From Chiloscyllium plagiosum (Eukaryota): a DNA stretch of 64,000 nt. The notes under the pieces were generated by a model. It was not told the origin of the DNA and did no database searches. It was given only the letters and a program-made list of their open reading frames with translations. The DNA lies in contig NC_057718.1 in assembly GCF_004010195.1 (NCBI RefSeq), positions 65,782,770 through 65,846,769 of the forward strand, read 5' to 3'. Made by a program: the position numbers and the translations under genes. Shown in pieces: positions 11,760 to 23,324 of this stretch (position 1 is its first letter; each line of letters starts with the position of its first letter).

Positions 11760-12720
11760 TAGAACATAGAACATAGAACAATACAGCAGAACAGGCCCTT
11801 CGGCCCTCAATGTTGTGCGGACCTGTGAACTATTCTCAGTTCATCCCCCTACACTATCCCATCATCATCTATGTGCTATCCAAGGATTGTTTAAATCTCC
11901 CTAATGTGGCTGAGTTAACTACGTTGGCAGGTAGGGCATTCCACGCCCTTACCATTCTCTGAGTAAAGAACCTGCCTCTGACATCTGTCTTAAACCTATC
12001 ACTCCTCAATTTGTAGTTATGCCCCCTCGTACAAGCTGACGTCATCATCCTCGGAAAAAGAGTTTCACTGTCGACCCTATGTAATCATCTGATCATCTTG
12101 TATGTCTCTATCAAATCCCCTCTTAGCCTTCTTCTTTCCAATGAGAACAGACCCAAGTCTCTTAGCCTTTCCTCGTAAGAGCTTCCCTCTAGACCAAGCA
12201 ACTCCTGGTAAATCTCCTCTGCACCTTTTCCAATGCTTCGACATCCTTCCCGAAATATGGCGACCAGAACTGTACACAATATTCCAACTGCGACCGCACT
12301 AGTGTTTTGTATAGTTGCAGAATGATATTGCAGCTCCAGAACTCAATCCCTCTACCAATGAAACCTAACACACCGTATGCCTTCTTAACAGCACTATCCA
12401 CCTGGATGGCAACTTTCGGGGATCTATGTACATGGACTCCAAGATCCCTCTGCACATCCACACTCCTAAGAATCTTTCCATTGACCCAGTAGTCTGCCTT
12501 CCCGTTATTGTTCCCAAAGTGAATTACCTCATATTTAGCTGAATTGAACTCCATTTGCCACTCCTCAGCCCAATTCTGCAGTTTATCCAAGTCCGCCTAC
12601 AACCTGTAACATTCTTCCAAATTGTCCACTACTCCACCGACTTCAGTGTCATCCAAACTGTCCACTACTCCACCGACTACAGTATCATCCAAACTGACAC
12701 TCCATTGACTTTAGTGTCAT
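11760..12720 (-). mobile_element. CR1-type LINE RT C-terminal fragment
   Basis: ORF 12189..12590 WAEEWQMEFNSAK...QRDLGV...[10 protein letters not shown]; (ttctatg)n tail. Confidence 0.9.
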
Positions 12721-13099
12721 TTTTACAATGACTGCCTCTGCACCCTTCCCTACCACAATGTTAATCACATGAGCCATTTATCTAGATAGGAACACTCACT
12801 AGGTATCTTTGAGAGTCCAATTTTCTTTGATCATGAAAATAAATGGACAATTAAAAGCAGAATTATTTACAGCCTGACATTGTCACTACTTTTCTAAGGT
12901 TTTGGAAATTTACATTCTACAATGTTAACACACAGTCTGCTGCCATTCTTTTTATATCCAGAAAAACCCTTACACACAACTTAATGTTTTTTCCCCATTG
13001 TCAAATCATCCTTTTTTTTAATCAATTAACCACAATCGGGAAATCACCCGTTTTTTCCCAACTGAATAATTTATATACAAAACCTGTTAAAATCAATGT

Positions 13100-13290
13100 A
13101 GATAACCAAAGGTGAGAGAGAAGGGGTGGCGGCTAATTTAAAATGGAATTGGATGGGCAGAAAGAGCAGTCTGCCTACTGTGGTGTCCAGCTCTCTCTAC
13201 AGGCATCAAAAGCATTGGTGAACACTAAGTGCTCCCTCTCCAAGGATACCCAGGCATGAATATCCCCACAGAGAAAGAGAGGCTGTTATG
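13100..13290 (-). mobile_element. Older Tx1-like 3' remnant
   Basis: gtgctccctctccaaggatacccaggc matches the 1854-2125 copy (VSLE.EH). Confidence 0.55.
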
Positions 13291-13643
13291 ATTGCCTCCA
13301 AGTTTAAATTCCCTGTACCTTTTTTCCATAAAACAAACTGAACCCGTCTTTGATCTAACAATCTAACCACCCACACTTACTAATAGACAGATAGCAGAAC
13401 TGGTCACATGACTGCCTTCATTATACCTTAAATTGAAAGACGTGGTCCCAAACCTTAACAAACATCTAAACCTAGTAATTGAGACTGTTGTTTTTCACTA
13501 AGGAGTTAATGATGAAATTAATTTGCATTGTCATGAATATGGGGAAGTGGAAAATAAATATCGAAATAAAATGTTGTTGAAGCAAGTATTACATTGCTTC
13601 AACATTACATTAGTTGAGTTAGTTGCTATTATATTTTTTTAAG

Positions 13644-13860
13644 GAGAATTGCAAACTCTAATTAGAGAAATTCCCAGCAATTTGACCAAGTGACATCTAC
13701 AAAGGTTGTTGCATTTGTATTGGAAAGATGGGATACATTGAATGTTCATGTTAGTAGCCATTATATGAGTGTTTCTCCAAACCAAGGAGTCAGCTGTGAG
13801 CAAGACATCTGGGTGAGCAGAGAACAGGGAGAAATTCACAAAGGACAACAAACATGGCAG
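13644..13860 (+). CDS. Candidate upstream first coding exon (ATG 13765: MSVSPNQGVSCEQDIWVSREQGEIHKGQQTWQ)
   Basis: Non-repetitive DNA with acceptor tttttttaag and donor cag|gtattc. It ends in phase 0, compatible with exon 38903. No homology support. Confidence 0.25.
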
Positions 13861-13993
13861 GTATTCATTTCGCCAGTAACTAATAAAACTAATAATACTA
13901 TCGCTAATTGTATGACTGTCAGCTTAGAAATGACATGAATGAAATCACTCTAACGATGTTGGTTCTGAACCAACATGTGTCATGACTTAAGTG

Positions 13994-14220
13994 CACAACA
14001 CCAGGGTATAGTCCAACAGGTTTATTTGGAAGCACTAGCTTTCAGAGCACTGCTCTTTCATCCGGTAGCTGTGGAGCAGTACATAAGACACAGAATTTAT
14101 AGCAAAAGATTACAGTGCCACACAACTGAAATGATATATTGCATGACACTGTAATCTTTTGCTATAAATTCTGTGTCTTATCATCCTGCTTCACAGCTAC
14201 CGGATGAAGGAGCAACGCTG
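13994..14220. mobile_element. Inverted PLE pLTR pair
   Basis: About 14045-14120 is reverse-complementary to about 14145-14218. Both arms carry the same CGGATGA core variant. Confidence 0.8.
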
Positions 14221-14984
14221 TACTAAAATGTACAAAATCCTAATTAGATCATGAAAATAAACAATTTCCTTATCAGCCTGACATTCAGAAGAAAAGAAAT
14301 CTACACTGAGTTTTGTCATGAGCAGAAAATAACTTCATTGTAATCACATTTAGCTTACAAAAGTCAGAGAAAAGAAAGCATTTCTCATCCACTGCTAGGC
14401 ATTTTAAGCTATACTCCTTTTAAAAATATTCATTATTAATTAAGACATATAAAAGACACATTGCTTGCCCAAAACTAGGAAAATATTGACAGGAAAAACA
14501 AAGTTTGAAAGATTAAATGTCCAGTGCACAAGGTAGAAAATTATTCTCACAGTCAATTTATACTTGGGACACACATGTTAAAATTTATCAGCACAAGATG
14601 TCTGGAACCAAATCAAGTGACTGCACAAAGGTCAGTAAGGTCCTTCTTTATGGCACAACTCACAGGCAATTGTCCCAAACTCAGCTCAGCAATAATAATT
14701 CTAAGCCATTCCCTGGATGCTGGACAACAGAGGAGCATTTTTTATCGAGTGGTACAAACTTCTGTGCAAGAAGGGCTATTATCCTCTCCCCAACTTCAAC
14801 CCTACTGATGACTGTACCTGTATTGACTCTAACCTGAACCTACATTCTCCTGGACTCTTTAAATATTTAAGTCAATCCTGTTTTGATGGTCTTTTCTGCA
14901 ACTAATTAGCCACTTCTGGTGAAGCATCCCGTGAATTAACAGTGGTCAATGCAAAAATCATTCTTTTTCTTTCCATAAGAATAT

Positions 14985-15120
14985 GTAACAAAGAACCGCG
15001 GATGCTGGGTAGCAAAAACAAAACAGAAATTGTTGCAGAAACTCAGCAGGCCTGGCATTATCTGTGAAGAAAAAGTGTAGTGAATGTTTCAGGTCCAATG
15101 ACCCTCCTTCAGTAGCTAGT
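14985..15120 (-). mobile_element. Degenerate Neptune-type pLTR fragment
   Basis: gcggatgctgg...aaaacagaaattg...aactcagcagg..tggca matches 35845-35965. Confidence 0.6.
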
Positions 15121-15273
15121 TCTTTCTTCTGTCTTGGTTATCCAATGAAAGTCCACATTCTATGTTTTCTTGTTCCCCATCTGCTATAAATTGGGAGTAA
15201 CTTTCACCAATTGCAAAGTAAGTTGTCAATTTATCCATTTACTGGGTGCACCTCACTGTGTCAAATCCATTTA

Positions 15274-16193
15274 AGACTTCTTTGAGGAGGTGACCAAGCA
15301 TGTGGATGAGGGTAGAGCAGTGGATGTAGTATACATGGATTTTAGTAAGGCATTTGATAAGGTTCCCCATGGTAGGCTTATGCGGAAAGTCAGGAGGCAC
15401 GGGATAGAGGGAAATTTGGCCAATTGGATAGAAAACCGGCTAACCGGTCGAAGNNNNNNNNNNNNNNNNNNNNNNNNNNNNNNNNNNNNNNNNNNNNNNN
15501 NNNNNNNNNNNNNNNNNNNNNNNNNNNNNNNNNNNNNNNNNNNNNNNNNNNNNNNNNNNNNNNNNNNNNNNNNNNNNNNNNNNNNNNNNNNNNNNNNNNN
15601 NNNNNNNNNNNNNNNNNNNNNNNNNNNNNNNNNNNNNNNNNNNNNNNNNNNNNNNNNNNNNNNNNNNNNNNNNNNNNNNNNNNNNNNNNNNNNNNNNNNN
15701 NNNNNNNNNNNNNNNNNNNNNNNNNNNNNNNNNNNNNNNNNNNNNNNNNNNNNNNNNNNNNNNNNNNNNNNNNNNNNNNNNNNNNNNNNNNNNNNNNNNN
15801 NNNNNNNNNNNNNNNNNNNNNNNNNNNNNNNNNNNNNNNNNNNNNNNNNNNNNNNNNNNNNNNNNNNNNNNNNNNNNNNNNNNNNNNNNNNNNNNNNNNN
15901 NNNNNNNNNNNNNNNNNNNNNNNNNNNNNNNNNNNNNNNNNNNNNNNNNNNNNNNNNNNNNNNNNNNNNNNNNNNNNNNNNNNNNNNNNNNNNNNNNNNN
16001 NNNNNNNNNNNNNNNNNNNNNNNGGGCATGGAATGCACTGCCTGTGGGAGTGGTAGAGTCAGAATCTTTCGTGACCTTTAAGCGGCAATTGGATAGGTAC
16101 ATGGATGGGTGCTTAAGCTAGGACAAATGTTCGGCACAACATCGTGGGCCGAAGGGCCTGTTCTGTGCTGTATTGTTCTATGTTCTATGTTCT
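15274..16193 (+). mobile_element. CR1-type LINE RT fragment spanning the assembly gap
   Basis: VDEGRAVDVVYMDFSKAFDKVPHGRL before the gap; 3' UTR and (ttctatg)n tail after it. Confidence 0.88.
15454..16023. other. Assembly gap (570 N)
   Basis: Run of N. Confidence 1.
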
Positions 16194-17739
16194 CTGTTGA
16201 ACCAAGCTCTGTGGGAAATTCTGGTCTCTATGTCTTTCTTATTTCTAAGTCTGTATATATGCACTAAGGTTTGACTCTCAAGACCTCTTCCCCACCTATC
16301 CAAGAACTAATCCCTCAAGCCTCTCATCCCTTTCTACACATGAAAGAACACTCTCCTGCTCTCCGTCAACTCTGGGCAGCTGCAGATCATTACTTCTGTT
16401 CTGACCTTCTCAGTTTCTGGTAACTCATTCCTTCCCACACTCTGAAAGACCCAGTTCACCATTCTCCAGTTACTGTTCACTGCTCTCCAACCTGTTATTT
16501 GATGTTGATTCTGTCCTGTCAAATATTCCACATACCCTCAGACTTCTCACTTTTGTCTGTGAGTCAGTCCCACTTCCAACAGTCCTTAATCAAGGAGATT
16601 AATTTTAGAAACTGTAACAAAGAGCTAGTACAAGCAGAATAGCAGGATGGCCTCTTGGAGTTACATTTCTGTCACTCTCTATAGCTCATGGAAATCAAGA
16701 AGTGGTTTTGGCAGGGCTCAGCAATAATCTCATTTTATTTTGGTGATATTTAAACCTTTGTTTCGATTGGGACTGTGTAGGTAATTTCTCATATCAGTTG
16801 TGGTTAAATATTTGTCTGAAGAAATTTGGCTTTTTTTTTTCTTTGCAGGCGCATAAGCTTCAAGTCACAAAAAGAACCAATAGCTGTTACTCAGCCTTGG
16901 TCTATACCTATCTGTGAAGCTACTGCATGATATATTACTGTGTTGTTGAAACCAAATTTAAATGAACTGAAAAACAATTACTCGTGGTTGGCATATTCCA
17001 TTTTTAGATATTGTATGCATCCAATTTTAGAATAATTGTAACCAAATGGATGTTTGTGTTTGGTTAGATTTTTTTCAAATGATGTGCAAAAGGAGTTTTT
17101 ATAGGCCACAATACATGAATCACTTGTTGCTTTTATCGTTGAATTTGATTCTGGGAGCCTGATGTCTGGGAGTCAGCTCACTGTCTGTGCTGTTGGGTCA
17201 GTCTTCCGTCTCCTGGTGACAGATTCACACTGCCTAATCGTCTGCTGCTTGGGGAAACCAGATTTAACCACTTAGATGCTGGCAGCCAATTTATAACCGT
17301 TAAGCTCAAGAATCTGAAGTGAAAACCAGCATAAACATAATTATAAACTAACCAAAATCACACAACTACACATTCGAAGAGGGTTGCTGTTCCAGCAGTT
17401 TAACTGCATGATTTCCCAGCCTCAACAACCCTGAACAGTGAAACAACATTTATCCTTTGCCAGTACTTTTACAGTTATTGAAGGGAGAGGGCTAAATGGA
17501 AGTGGAAAGTAAACTTCAATTTTCCCCTTGTCTTGTGACGTTCCTCCTGGATTTCTTACTTTATTGAGTAAGTTAATTGATAATTCTTCAAAACTCTAAA
17601 TCTTGGAAAGTTGACAACTCCATATTCAGGAGAGATGCTAAAGTGCCTGTTTTGAAAAGGTTCACTGGCTCAGTTTAGTCATTATGGAAGGAAGGTTTGA
17701 TGGAGGCTCAGTTCCAGTATAGAATTTTATGAAAGTTAA

Positions 17740-19507
17740 TGAAATAACTCCACAGAAGGCAGTGGAGGGTCTTTGACACTGATCCAGCTCCCTCAGAGCC
17801 AGCTCTTAGAATGAACACAGATGTCTGACACTACTTTTAAAATTTTATTTATTAACCAGTACAAATTACAAACAGTTAACGATGAACAGCAGTTTACAAG
17901 AAACAGCAATTTGCAGGGGAGAGGGGCAGCAAAGCCAGACCCCTAAACCCCACTGTTCAACTAGGGGAAAAGAGGATGAACCTCAAATCCCGCATTATCA
18001 TATCTAAAAGGAAATAGTAGACGCAATTATATACAAACAGTCCGATAAACCAAACAATAAACAGTACATACATCATAGACACCCCTGGAAACCCAGCAAA
18101 CCACCTGTCCCTCCCACCTTTTGGCCACTTAAAGACAGCACGCCCCTATACCCCTTCCGGCCTTCGGTCTGCCCTGACACACCTTCAGGCCACCTCTCAG
18201 CCCGTCCTGCTCCCCACCCCTCACCGGGACCTCAGGGTGACAGCTTTCAGGACGACGTATTAACCTCCTCGCTCACAGTGTGGCCTGTCCGATGCAGGGA
18301 AACACAAGACAGTGCAGTTGATAGACCCAACAAACAACAAGGCAGAGTCAATTACCAACAAAGAGTCCCTTCTGGTACACAGAGTCCACTATAATAAACA
18401 GTTCTCTTCAAAATGTAGAGTCCATTCTCAGGAACAAGACCACTCCAGTATGCAGAATGCATTGTCAGAGATAGACTCCACAACCAAAGGCAGAGTCCAC
18501 TCCGAGATGCAGAGTCCACTCTTGAAGGCAGCAAATGTACACGACACAGTGCACACACAGATGATCAGTCTCCATAGAGGCCTGATCTGTCCACAGAGAA
18601 CCAGGCCCATTCATAGGAATACAATTCATTGTAAAAAGTGCAGTTAACTCACAGGAGATGGTCCACTCCAACAGGCAGCAAATGCTCACCTCCCAGCACA
18701 GACAGGTGTTAGGTCTCCATAGAGTCCTGGTCAAGCCACAAAGAACCAGGCCTACCCACAGGAATACAATTCATTGCAAAAGGTGCAGTTAACTCACAGG
18801 AGATGGTCCACTCCAACAGGCAGGGTCCACTCCAGGATACAGCAAATGCTCACCTGCCAGCACACACACAGATGTTCAGTTTTTACAGATGCCTGGCCTA
18901 CCCACGGAGGAACCGTTCAGCTGGAAAGGTGCATTATTTCACAGAGGCTCAGTCTAAACACTAAAAGTAAAGCGAAAACACATGCAAAAAAGAAAGAAAC
19001 CAAAGTGCAAGAGCTAAGCCCTGTTACAAAATCCACATAGTCCTCTTCTCAAAGTAAAAGAGAAAATAGTAATACACAGGCCGTAACCAGCCAGTGAAAC
19101 AACAGTTCCCTAATGAGAACTGAAGTATACCTGAAACACATTGACTGCGTAGATCAGGCATTTTAGAAATCAGTACTCAATAAAAAAGGAATATCAGTTA
19201 ACTCACTGGCTGTGCAGATCAGCCAGTTCAGGAATCAGGTTCCTCCCCCCCCAAAAAAGAAACCAACAGCAGCAGTACATACTGGCTGTGTGGTCAGTCA
19301 TCTCAGACTCAGTGCCCTAACACAAATGGAGAGTCTTTGACACCGATCCAGCTCCCCAGAGCCAGCTCTCAGAATGAACAGGGATGTCTGACACTACTAT
19401 GCCTATCTGTTAGCCAAGGCTCCCTGATTGGACCAGATTAACAGCCACTATCAGGGAACTCAAGTTCTAAGAGGTCTACCTGGCTGACCTCGTGTCAATC
19501 ACTGCAC
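17740..19507 (-). mobile_element. Solo LTR (same family as 36634-36838) interrupted by a 1.5-kb insertion
   Basis: Starts tgaaataac, the reverse complement of the gttatttca end at 36838. 19335-19507 continues the LTR to ...cactgca. Confidence 0.65.
17836..19334 (-). mobile_element. Unclassified non-coding insertion with internal tandem arrays
   Basis: T-rich left end with tttatt (AATAAA on the minus strand), a roughly 19-bp agagtccactc array, roughly 145-bp duplicated units, and a flanking direct duplication of about 65 bp. Confidence 0.5.
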
Positions 19508-19756
19508 TTGATCTGGTGGAATTCAAGTGATTAGCATCCTTTCATTTAAAAAAACACATTTTCCATGCATTCTGTCATTTTAATGTCCTTTTATTTTTCA
19601 CCATCATGACTTCTGTATGTTTTCGGGTCATTAGTAATAGGAGTGTTGTCCTGAAGAGCGTAGTCCTCAGTAAGCTGAACTGGAGGAAGCCATTGAATCA
19701 GTAACAGTCTAGGTTAAGGTCTTTCTTCTCTACTGATCTTTAAGCCTTGCACTGGT

Positions 19757-20390
19757 CATAAAGCTGTACAGCATGGAAACAGACCCTTCGGTCCAACTCA
19801 TCCCTGCTGACCACATATCATAAAAATAATCTAGTCCCATTTGCCAACATTTGGCCCACATATCTCCAAACCTTTCCTATTCATATACCCATCCTGATGT
19901 ATTTTAAATGTTGTAATTGTACCAGCCTCCACTACTTCCTCTGACAGCTCATTCCATAACTCACCACCCTCTGCACGAAAATATCACCCCTTAGGTCCCT
20001 TTTAAACCTTTCCTCTCTCACCTTCAGCCTATGCCCTTTAGTTTTGGACTCCCCAACCCAGAGAAAGGACCTATCCGTGCCCCTCAGGATTTTATAATCC
20101 TCTATAAGGTCACCTCTCAGCCTCTGATGATCCACAGAAAATAGCTCCAGCCTATTCAGCCTCTCCCTAAAGTTTGAATTCTTGTAAATCTTTTCTGAAC
20201 TCTTTCATGTTTCACAACATCTTTCCATAGCAGGGAGCTGCAGAACTGCACTCAGTATTCCAAAAGTAACCTAACCAATGTCCTGTACAGCCGCAATATG
20301 GTCTCCCAACTCCTGTACTTAATGAGCTGACCAATGAAGTCAAGCATACCAAATGCTTTCTTCACTATCCTGTCTTCTTGGGACTCAAAT
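19757..20390 (-). mobile_element. CR1/HER1-type LINE 3' fragment
   Basis: ORF 19932..20135 [15 protein letters not shown]... Confidence 0.88.
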
Positions 20391-21659
20391 TTCAAGATGG
20401 GGTCATTGCCTCTGAATGAGTGCCCTCTGCAATACCAGGACTAAGTTTCCTATGGTTTGCTTCCGGAAAAAAGTCATTCCTGATTGAAAAATACAGGGAA
20501 TTTGGGTAGAGATCTTTTGCATATTCTATCGCCTTAGGCCTGTACCATAGAGGCAAACTCAATCTTGCAGCTATTTTTAATGGTAGGGGTTGACAAAGTT
20601 GGGTGCTGTGCATGAATCACTTGCAATCAGCAAATGTCATAGTAATGAGATTTTGAGTTTGGAGATTTCTGAAGGTATGCATCCAGTTCTGTAGCTCTTG
20701 CTATGTTTCCAACCCATCATTAAACTTGCAATGGGAGTGTGAAGCTGTTGTTTCCAATAATGAGATTGCAGTGTAATATCTTATATCTGAACCTGTTGGC
20801 TCTTGCTGTCTAAATGTTTCAACAAGTTCACCGATATCAAGATCAGTCGGAGTCCACTGAATAATCTATAGGAATCCAGGATAAATCCATGTTAAATGCA
20901 ATATTCAACATCATTTTTTCCTTTGATCATAGGATAAGGATATCACAGATATAACCAACATTTTGTTCCCCACCCCGAATTGCCCTTGAGAAAGTAGATG
21001 TGAACTATCATAAATTACTGGAATCCATCTGGTGCAAGCATGCTAAAATGCTTTTCGGAAGGGAGTTCCAGGTTTTGACACAGCAACAGAGAAAGAGGAA
21101 CAAGTAAATTTGAAGTCAGAATGGTTAGTGACATGGGAAGGAAATTATATGTGGTTATGAAGACTTTGCAAATAGTAGATCTTGATTTTCAGTGCACAAC
21201 CCCAGTGAGGCAGAACAGTGTATACTTCCATGTTGTTCCACATCGTAAGGCTGCTTCCAATGCACCTCACAACTTCAATATCCGTGCAAAGCTGGAGAAT
21301 GTAATGAGCCTTCACTGTATCCTCACAATTCCTACCCACCCTTACTGATGATACAACTAGCACTATGGGTTGCGATGTACAGATCTATTCCCTCCACTTG
21401 GCTCCACACATATGGTAAATTGACCTGATTTGACTATTAATTGTGTTGAAACAGTTTGAGAATCCCAGACAGGGGACAGATCTTTCCCGTCTGCTGTCTA
21501 AAATGTATAACAGATTTCTCCCATAAGGTGTGTGCATGGTGCCAACCAATTGGACATTCAAGGCCCAGGTTCTTCCTTTACACTTGACCATTATCCCCAA
21601 AAACATAACAAAACACCTTGAGTTCAATCCTGAACTTATAGGTGTGTTTTTAGATATCT

Positions 21660-23272
21660 AAAAGGTAAATAGAGGCAAGAGTGGAAATTGGACTGCAGGA
21701 AAATGAGGCTGGAGAAATAGTAATGAGGAACAAAGAACAGGCAGAGGAACTGAATAGGTACTTTACATCAGTTTTCACAGTGGAAGACACTAGCAGCATT
21801 CCAGAACTTCAAACAATTCAGGTGCAGAGGCGAGTATAGTGGCTAACACTAAGGAGAAGGTCCTGGGACAGCTGAAAGGTCTGAAGGTGAATAAATTATG
21901 CAGACCAAATGGATAACACCCCAGAATTCTGAATGAGATTGCTGAGGAAATTGTGGGGGTGTTGATGGTGATCTTTCAGGAATCACTGGAATCAGGGAGG
22001 CTGATGTAACACTAATGTTTAAGAAGGGAGGAAGGCAGAAGACAGGAAACTATAGGCTGGTTAGTCTGACTTTAGTTATTGGTAGGATTTTCAAGTCCAT
22101 TTTTAAGGATGAGATGGAGGAGTACTTGGAAGTGCTTGGTGAAATAGGGTTGAATCAGCATGTCTTTATCAAGAGGAGGATATGCTTAACAAAACTGTTA
22201 GAATTCTTTGGGAGGCAATGAGCAAGTTAGACAAAGGAGAGCCAGTGGATATGAGCTATTCAGATATCCAGTAGGCCTTTGACAAGATACTGCCCAGGAG
22301 GTAAGAAATAAGATAAGAGCTGTTCATGGCAAGGTACTGACATGATAGAGAATTGGCCAACTGGCAGAGTGAGGATAAAGGGATTTTTTTCAAGAATGGC
22401 AGCTGGTAACTAGTAGAGGTCCGCAGGGGATAGTGTTGGGACTACAATAATTCGCACTTTATGTTAATGATCCGGATGAAGGAACTGAGGGCATTATTGC
22501 TAGGTTTGCAGATGACACATAGGGGCAGGTAGTGTTGAGAAAGCAGGAAGGTTCCAGAAGGACTTTGACAGCCTAGGAGTGAGCAAAGAAATGGCAAATG
22601 AAAAACAATATGGGAAAGTGTAAGATTATGCACTTCAGCAGGAAGAATAGAGGCAAAGATTATTTTCTAAAATAGGGAGAAATTTTGGAAATCTGAAGCA
22701 CCAAGGGACTTAAGGATCCTTGTTTGGAATTCTCTTAAGTTTAATGTGTAGGTCCAGTTGGCAGTTAGAAAGGCAAATACAATGTTAAAATTCATTTCAA
22801 GAGCACTACAATACAAGAGAGGGGATATACTGCTGAGGCTGTTTAAGGCTTTGGTCTGACTACATTTGGAATATTGTGAGCAGCTTTTGGGCCCCATGTC
22901 TAAGGAAGAATGTGCTGCCATTGGAGGGAGTCCAAAGGAATTGCATAAGAATGATCCCAGGAATGAAGGGCTTGTCATTTAAGGAGCTGTTGAGAAGTTT
23001 GGGTCCGTACTTGATGGAGTTTAAAAAGATGAGGGGGATCTCTTTGTAATTTATAAAATACTGAGAGGCCTGAGAGATGGTAGAATGTTGTGGAGGTAAA
23101 GTCATTCAGTGTCTGATAAAGATAGATGGATTCTTGATTAGTAAGGGAATCAAAGGTTATGGGGAGAAGGCAGAAGAATAGGGTTAAAAAACATATCAGA
23201 CATGATCTAATGGTGCAGAGTATTCGATGGGTCGAATGGCCTAATTCTGCTCCAGTATTTTATAGTCTTATG
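21660..23272 (+). mobile_element. Decayed CR1 LINE ORF2
   Basis: FKKGGRQKTGNYRLVSLTLVIG (22015); tttgcagatgacac (FADD) at about 22505. Confidence 0.85.
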
Positions 23273-23324
23273 GTTTTAGTGGTTGCCGTGGTGCTCTTTG
23301 AAAATGTCATTGCAATCAGATATG

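Noticed and set aside
15271..16102. Long ORFs of 210-263 aa
   Set aside because: Artefacts of reading through the 570-N gap.
18340..18535. CRISPR array
   Set aside because: Units are only about 19 bp with degenerate cores and 7-8 nt variable parts. There are no cas genes and the context is vertebrate.
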